Shown: one piece after another, positions 55,141 through 64,000 of the stretch
Numbering within the stretch: the stretch's first letter is position 1
Layout: each line of letters opens with the position of its first letter
Origin: Octopus vulgaris
Lineage: Eukaryota
Direction of reading: 5' to 3'
Length of the DNA stretch: 64,000 nt
Assembly (NCBI GenBank): GCA_951406725.2
Contig: OX597823.1
Span: 88,784,001 to 88,848,000, forward strand
Notes under the pieces: model-generated
Databases searched by the model: none
The model's input: only the letters and a program-made list of their open reading frames with translations
What the model was told of the DNA's origin: nothing
Program-made: the position numbers and the translations under genes

Positions 55141-58100
55141 CATGTTTATCAGTTTTTATAATTAAGATCTTAGCTGTTAATGTATGAAGGGAAAGAGATA
55201 GTTGAATAAATGTAAACCTACTTTTGGGCCACCATGTATATACATGTACACGTGTGGTTTACCTTTGCGTGTGTGTGTGCGTGTGTATGTTTAGTAAAAG
55301 TGATATAAAAACGCTGATGGCTAAATAAACAATTATAATTTTAACACATGTTGTTAAAACAAAAGTCTTTTCAACTATTTAAGATTATCAATTTTGTGTA
55401 AGCGTTTACTTCCTATTTTCTGTTATCTCTTTTTTTTTTTCTAAAGAAAAAATATTATAACGCTTCATTGTAGAGAAATAAAAAATAAAACATAATAAAT
55501 GTGGCTACACAGCAATTCCCAGACTGTTTCTAAACGGAAAAATAAACATTTAAAAACTGAAATACTTAGTGTTGATTGAGAATTACATGCGATCTTGTTC
55601 GTTAATGTATGAAGCAACAGAGTAAGGTTATTTAAGGAGCAACAAATATTTGAGTGGAGATTCAGCAGTTGTTAATAAGATTTTCCTTCAGTTACCGTTA
55701 TATCATTGACTTATATATACACATCGCTATACAAACACACACACATACATACACAATAATGTTTGCTTTTATGTTATAATAAAACCACTTTGACGTTAAA
55801 CTGAAGGATTATTCATTACATTTGGTGGAATACAAACTTATTATCCTTTAACATGACTAATATATAGACAAAGACTTCAAAGTTTCGGCCAGATAATCAT
55901 ATTCTTATAGGTTTCATGTTATTAAACAAGCTTAGGCAAGTAGAACAAGAAAAGCGTAGTGTTGGATGTTTGTAGCCGGCGGGCGAAGGATCGCCGTTTT
56001 GTGCAGAAAGTTTTCAGGATAATGTAATGAAAACTATAAAAGCCATCTCAATATAGCTAACTACAAAGTGGGGTGTTACTAGCTGGAGACGATGATCTCC
56101 TGAGGCTAAAAAGCTACCGTAACACCCCCTTTGTGATTAGCCATATTGAGATGGCCTTTATACTTTACATTGTCGAGCGATTACTGTTTACATCTTGTTC
56201 TGAGATTTAATAATGTTTACAGACAGTTTTTCGAAATCAGTGGCATAAGTCACTAGAAAAACTCTTATATTTGCAAAGAGGCTTTCTCTTTCATCATGAT
56301 ACAGTGATTACCGCCCGTTGATAAAAGGCAATAACCTCGAAACTGCGGTCCGGTGCATATCACTTAGGCTTACGAGAAAGGGATGGCCTCCCTATGCAAA
56401 TACTATAAGGGCACAGATAGTGTGCCTAAAGCCAGCTGGAGACGATGATCTCCTGGGGATAAAAAGCTACAGTAAGACCCACCCTTTGTTGTTAGCCATA
56501 TTGAGATGGCTATTATACTTTACATTGTCGAGCGATCACTGTTTACATCTCGTTCTGAGATTTAATAATGGATAATGAAAACTGTCTAGAAGAAATGTGT
56601 GTGGTAATGTCCAGAATTATGCCGTCCTGTAATATAAACATAGCTGAATATAGAGAAACCAGGCGTTGGTAAACAGCTGTTGATATGAGTTTGGCTGTGG
56701 TTTGACATTCCACAGGATTGGGAACATTAAGTATGGCATTACTCAAGTTAGACAACAAGTTGCTAATAGATTTTAGACTGCAAATATTTATATAATTACA
56801 TCAAGATTTAAATACAGAAGTTAATTTTCCCAAGGCATATGGTCTTACAATGAACGACTCTGATGAAGAGAAGAAAACGCTTTTATTTTATCTTGATACT
56901 GCTCTGCGGGCTACCATGCAATGGTTACATTTTACTTTTGAAAGAATTTCACTGTCTCAGGATATCTTGCTTCGTCCAAGTAAGCACTTGGATGTTTGTA
57001 GCTCGGCGGGTGAGAGATCGCCGTTTTGTGCAGAAAGTTTTGAGGATAATCTAAACTTGGCTCAGGATATGTTGCTTCGTCCAAGTAAGCATCTTTTTGA
57101 ACGACGAAATCAAATGTGTAGTTACTTCTGTAACTTTGTGATGAGTTTCATCTAACTATCGCTAACACTACTTCTCAGTAAGAAATTAATTATAGCACAT
57201 CACGATGCCAACGCAGGTCACATCGTGGACACACAACTGATTGCCTTAGAGTTTTCGACCATGATAAAAATGCAGTTAATATTATGACATGTGAAAATGC
57301 TATATGTTGAATGCATCACTCTATGATACGCACTAATTTCGGTTTTCCTTGCAACCTCTGAACAAAATTTCACAAAAGAAATAAGACAACAGCAATGAAC
57401 TCTATGTTACCTAACGAGGTGCAGTTTGGGTAGAAGCTCTACAATTTTATTTAAAATAATATCAGAATGCTGAAGAGGGCGACTTAGAAGTGTGTTCAAA
57501 AATAAACTTACATGGTACTCTCAATTAATACTCTGCCGACATTCAAACTTTCTGTCAAAAAAATAACATTTAGCATTGGTTAATAAAAACTGGACAGTTA
57601 TTACAGGTATACTGAACATCCTGCATACATGTCTCAACTTAAGAATCGCTGCCAAGGAATCTTCCTCTTCAAAAAATGTTTATTATTGTTTTTCCGTGAA
57701 CACTACTCCGGCCAATCAAAATGACAAGATACTAGTGGCAAAACAAAACAACTGTTCGGCAAGAGTCGGGAGGACCTATTACAATCGGATGATCTTTATG
57801 AAATCTGAAAGCCCAGCATAGAGTTTTCAGAGTTACTTATTGAAACAGTATCTTTAGAAGATAAGCTGAACATTTCGATGGATAGTTAACTCGTTGACTG
57901 TTTGTTGATGACAAAGAAACAAACTCAATCACACACGCAGCTTTATCTGAGATGCTGATATGCAACTATGTATTAATGAGGTTAATAATACCATTACATA
58001 GATATCTAATTGTTGATCAAGGGGGAATTCTCTTGGAGATTAACCAATTTAACGGTTGCATATTATTAATAAGCGATACTAAATTTCTATGATTGATGTG

Positions 58101-58209
58101 CAATTGTGGTACCGCCCCATTCTTGGCGAAATAGTGATCTTTCTATATCAAAATAAAAGCGGAATAATCAATATGAGTACTTTATTGTGGAATCACACAG
58201 CTTTCAGAT

Positions 58210-58570
58210 GCTAAAAATACTTTGCCCGCGTCATTTCAAACAGAATCTATCCATAGACTATATCCTGGATTCAGAATTGTCTTTTTGTGTTGTATGTAAA
58301 ACAATCGGTAAGGCATGTTCAGGAGAAATCACTTGAACATAAGGATCTGTGCTTGTTCTTTATAGATCTGGATACCAGTCCAGAGTGGATTTTAGAACGG
58401 GTTACCAAGTGTAGATATCCTGGATCAGATGAAAAATTCCATTATCTCCTTTCGCAACGGAAACTACAATGTCTATCTGGGTAATATTATGATCTTTTCT
58501 TTTTTTTTTATATTTCAAGTGGAATTAAACGAAAAACGGTTCTCCGCTGCTCAGATATTCAACTAAAGCG
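58210..58570 (+). mobile_element. highly degraded RTE RT fragment
   Basis: FARVISNR, RHVQEKSLEHKDLCLFFIDL, SSGIK resemble RT subdomains 2-4 of RTE elements. Confidence 0.55.
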
Positions 58571-58827
58571 TGAGAAGATGCTGTATAATGTCCAGGTGTG
58601 CTGCAGCACTGGCCTCTTCAATGAAAACGCACACAAGCACTAACTCCTACGTGAGTTCATTTTTGCATATTATGCACCGCAAGATGCGTGTTATTGTATA
58701 TGTATACACACACACATAATTATATACAAGGGGGATGATTGGGTGGCTGTTGTGTGTGTATGCATATATATTCCTACATATGATAATATATATTATATAT
58801 ATATATATATACATATATATATAATAT

Positions 58828-58882
<55 letters not shown>

Positions 58883-59060
58883 TATATATTATATTATAGT
58901 ATATATATATAAATATATATATATATACACATATACAGAGAGAGAGAGGGAGAGAGAAACATTCAAACATATATAGCATATATAGGCACGTGAATATATT
59001 ATGTGATATATATTTATGGTTATATGTATATATACACACACGCGCACATATATATACATA

Positions 59061-59104
<44 letters not shown>

Positions 59105-59991
59105 TGTGTGTCTGTGTGTGCGTGTGTTTGTTAAATAATATGAGACAACAGAGAGAGAAAGCTAGTCTTATATTTGTTTCTCGGATATTATATCGGTCTT
59201 TATATTGTAGTATTATATTGTAGTTTCTGGCTATTGTTAAAAATATACTTACATGAAGACGATGTGAGATGGCTAAATAGAGGGAAATATTAGAGTTCGA
59301 TATGAGGAGTTATTTTGGGAAAAGTAGGAAATAAGGAGTATAAAGGGAAATAGGAGAATAAATGTAGAAATAAAAGGAAAGTGGTGTGTAGACGTGGTAG
59401 AAATGCTTCCTGTCCGTGGTATGTAAATTCCAATAAGAGTTCATATTTCGTCATCAGAAATGGAAAGTGTGGAGACTTAGATTCCATGTGTCGTTCATTC
59501 AAAGGGGTCTTGTGGTGTGAATGAAAATTTGAGAATATAGTGGTAGAAATAAGTAGATATAGAAGGGAGTGGAGATATGCATGTTAAAATGAAGAGAGAG
59601 GTCAAAAGGAAAAGGTGAGAAAGGGAGAAGCAAAAAACGAGGAAGAGAAAATGAAAACAAGATGAGAAAATGATAAAGTGTAAGGGAGTGAAAGAAAAAG
59701 AAAAGAGTGTTGGTTGGTGGTCAAGATATTATGAGGGGTGCCACCTTGGTTCTTCTGGATACTAATACTTCTCATATATATATATATGTATATATATTCA
59801 GATCTATATTCATTTCTATATGTGACAGATGGTGTACTGTCGCCTATGTAATTAACAGATTACGAAACCGTTATCACCTAATTCGATACACAGCTATTCC
59901 CTCACTTCACTGCTCTTATCTCGTAAAGTTGTGTGTGTGTGTATGTGTATGTGTGTGTACGTGTGCGTGTATACACACATACACATACATG

Positions 59992-60070
<79 letters not shown>

Positions 60071-62622
60071 ATAAATATATACATACATATAATTATTTCA
60101 TATGTAATACGTGGAAATATATGACCTACAATATATACATACATATCATTAAACCCCAATGTAAGTTCCCTGAATGTTGCGGAATCTTATTCAATTCTTC
60201 CAAATATATGAAGTATTCTTATGTATTAATGTCTCTGAAATTGATTTATTGTAATGTTGAATAGAATATATGAATATTTTATACGATCAGACTCAACCGT
60301 TTGGCTATTGAATGCAAAAGGAAATATGTCAGTGTTTTCCGGTCAGAGAACTAGAATTTCGTGATTTTCCATAAAATGCAGCTGCCCAAACGAACAGCAG
60401 AAAAGTTAAGTTACTGAGGTTTGTAAATAATAAGTCGATGATATTAAATCATGTAGAAGACTTTGAATAGAAGAATATAATAACATATATCGTGCGATAT
60501 TGTGTTCAGTCGGTTATTTCCCTAAATTTGTAGATTTTTGTATAGCATTCCCTTTTCACCACATCGATTCAAGCATTACAATTTCTAAATTTTCTCCTTA
60601 TACTAAGCGAAATGTCCTGTTGTTTTCTCTGCCCACTACATTACATTGTCTTTATTGTACGTCGGTCAGTTTGTAACGTTTTGGCCCTGTATAAATTTCT
60701 ATCAAATTATATAAGTTGTACCTACACGAACGTACACAGTCGATATGTTGGAGTTGCTATTGAAGTAGCTTTTTGGAGTAGCTATTGAAATTAATGCAAA
60801 TACTTCTTGCAGACCAATATAATAAATATTTCCTGCAGACCATTATAATAAATATCTCTTGCAGACCGACAGCAAATGAACTTTTGAAGCGGACTGATTT
60901 TAACTTGATCATCAATTGGCGAAAAACCTGATGTAATTGTCACAAAGAGCTGTATTAAGATATGAGTTGTAATATTGGTTTCGAATTTTAATACGTCAGT
61001 AATTTCAGGTAATGGGGGGACAGATGATTGAGTATATATTTTATGTATTAAGTTTGCATGTTTTCGAAATGTCTAAGGCTGAAAGTTAAAGCTATTATAT
61101 AGTTGAGAGCATTAATGAATAAAAAATGTTTAATTAGTTATCATTAACGGCATTCATGCAACATCTTGCAAGAAACAAATTAAATTAATTCTGTAAATGT
61201 TTCCCAACGAAGTACAGCGAGCTTGCTAGTTATTTATTTTATATTATAACAAACATACAACATTTATATTATACATGAGGTAATTGAGAATAACAACCAA
61301 TTACTAAATAAACGCTCCGTGGATTAGTCATAAAAGTGAAATCACTTTCTTTTCTGTTGCCAAGACGCAAAGAAACACTTGTTTACTTATTTACATAACA
61401 GCCCTATCACTACACGCTGCAGCGTATCTACCTGTATAACAGTGCAGTGCCATGAAGCTGCAGTGATTTATAACACCCAGGTGTACCTAATTACATGATG
61501 TAGGTTAGAGGTGAATAGGAATTTGATAGATTCATGCAGTTCTTCAGAGAATAAACGTGAAAAGTGAAATGAAATCGCTCTAATTTTGAATTGAGCTATG
61601 TTTGCGTTTACAGCTTCTGGAAGCTGATTGCATCTTTCTCTATAATAATATTCTCATATGAAACTATAAATATTGATTTTTGTTGTTGACTCGAAATGTC
61701 ACTGGTTTGAAACAAAGGCTAGAGAAGTTAATATGTTCATGTGTTGTCAGTTTAATCTAAATGAACAGGTAAAGGTAATTTCAGTAAACAAGCTACCACC
61801 GATAGCCAACACCATTTTACAGAATCAAAGTAGCTGACAGTTTACCCGTTGGGCTACAGTAGTCGCCTGAAATAAGTCAGAAAATACTGGTTTACTTTCC
61901 AATATAATCTGTCGATTTATCTATGTCACGAGTATATCAGAGTAAAACGTAGTGGCAATCATACACTTCACCATGAAACCATTATATGTGTATTGTAAAA
62001 GAAATGTTTTCAGAATAGATCAGAAACCGTCTAACCGGGGTATATCATATACTTAAAAGATCATATTCTGTACTCAAGATCTCTACACTTTATACTCATT
62101 ATACCGATATTTATTGGGCACAAATATGAGATTGAAAATAAACAGCATGGGTCATACGATTATTTTGTTTTGCTAAACATGTATAAAAAATGTTCTTCTT
62201 GTTGTGGTAACATATAGCGTATAGTGTGATCAGAATTGTAAACTACTAAAGGATGGGTGAGTCGGAGTATTTGGAAGCCTAAGGACTGATAAAATGCATA
62301 TGTGATGAGAAGGAATCCAGGTCTGTTAATATAGCAAGAACAAGTCAAAACCACCTGCAAAGATTAAAACTGACGTTTAATAATCACCACGAGGACGCTG
62401 GACCCTTGAGCATTATTCCGTCACCGGAATTACTCATGGGATATTTCGAGATCGACTAGATTGAGTATGTTTCTTTGGAATACTTGAAAATGGAGATGGA
62501 TTGAATCTTCATGTTTTCATCAAACCGAATTCGCCTGAATTCCCTTTACCTGTTTCTTGTCTATCTTTTTCAATTGTATCTATTGTATGTAAGTATATAG
62601 GTACACACACGCACACACACAC

Positions 62623-62701
<79 letters not shown>

Positions 62702-62830
62702 AAGAGACTGCAGACATACAGGCTATAGACAAACAGACAAGATGCAGATAGATATAGATAGATAGATATAGAGAGAGACTGCAGACATACAGGCTATAGA
62801 CAAACAGACAAGATGCAGATAGATAGATAG

Positions 62831-62893
<63 letters not shown>

Positions 62894-63439
62894 GATATAA
62901 ACACAAACAGACAGACAGGTATAGCCTCAAGTGTTGTGTAAAGTTAATGCCATTCACTGAGCAATAACTCTATAGCTTCTCCTCAAACACTGGTCTTCAC
63001 ACGCCATGATCAACGGCAGAAGCTTCGGAACAAAACTGACCCAACTAAAATCTTCGCGAGGAGGACCTGTTTCATTTCGCCTGGATGGATCTAGAAAGAG
63101 CATAATTCGGAAAATTACTAAAGTCTACAATGGTAGAAAGAACCTATGATATTAACGGCTAAAGAGGGCAATGCCAGACGGACTGACAAGGATGGCACTG
63201 CCCAAGCTATGCCTGCGCTAACGATAGCCGTCATCCGTTCCAGCATATCATATTTCAGATTGCTGTGGAGGATGTCTTCTTGACTACAACATGTGGGCTA
63301 TTTCCTGGTAAATTAGTATCCACCCAAATCAAGACCATATAACCGATATTTTTTCACTGATCTTTTCTCATGAATGTACAAAGAAATACTTGAAAACAAG
63401 GAGCCGTTGCCTCGGATGATCTCAAATTAGTTTATCATT

Positions 63440-63740
63440 TACATTTTACTGTTTCACTCATTCAACTACAGCCATGCTGGGCACCGCATTGAAGGATTTT
63501 ACTCAAGTACATATTCTATTGCTCTTTTTGTAGAACAGCTAAGTTACGAGGATATAAACCAACTAACACTGCTTGTCCAGAGGTTACTCAAAGACACACA
63601 TCCATATATAAAAACGACAGGATTACACACAGTTGATGTTGACCAAATTCAGGGTACTATTAGAAGACACTGGTCCAAATCGCCGCTCAGGGGAATCTAA
63701 AACCACCTGGTCGCAAAGCGATTTTTCAATCACACAGCTA
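63440..63740 (-). mobile_element. SINE family A, old degraded copy
   Basis: tgtttcactcatt...gccatgctgggcaccgc...gctaagttacg...gaagacac...cacacagc. Confidence 0.65.
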
Positions 63741-64000
63741 AGCTGTTTTTATATAATTTCATGTGTTCTTTTATGCTTTTGTTGGTTTCAGTCGTAGGAC
63801 TGCCACCATGAAGGAGCACAGAATTAATTTCCTTTCACTTTTGTCATCGCTTTATGAAAAAAAAAAAAGTTGATCTATGATTGAGTTTGTAGGAGCTGAC
63901 CGTCCTTGGGTGTTTCCTTGAACGGTTTTTTAATGTTTCGGTAGAGGTCCCCTTTTTATTTCTGATTTCATTAGGTTAGGCTGTTGAACAACTGAGGGCC

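Noticed and set aside
60805-60870. About 27-bp repeat (tgcagacc...ataataaatat), 2.5 copies
   Set aside because: Ordinary short tandem duplication.
62695-62830. About 70-bp tandem duplication beside (GATA)n
   Set aside because: Simple slippage duplication within microsatellite.

Overview
AT-rich, microsatellite-dense eukaryotic DNA, intronic or intergenic. The repeat content recalls octopus (coleoid cephalopod) genomes; this is inferred from the tRNA-derived SINE families and not verified. No host protein-coding gene can be called with confidence, and most listed ORFs are translations of microsatellites or SINEs. The window is a mosaic of transposable elements: CR1, CRE, R4/Dong, RTE and Tx1-like LINE remnants, Penelope-like (PLE) GIY-YIG fragments, mariner/Tc1 relics and MITEs, a Merlin-like MITE, non-autonomous Helitrons and at least four SINE families, plus a 100-N gap. 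The most notable feature is a very young 491-bp tandem array (38409-40140). Each unit carries a complete type I hammerhead ribozyme (GUC cleavage triplet, unusually long stem II, palindromic stem III) inside a monomer rich in G-U-supported hairpins, so it is a candidate retrozyme or viroid-like circular RNA element. Several further minimal or degenerate hammerhead motifs from other repeat families lie elsewhere in the window. Boundaries of degraded repeats are approximate.
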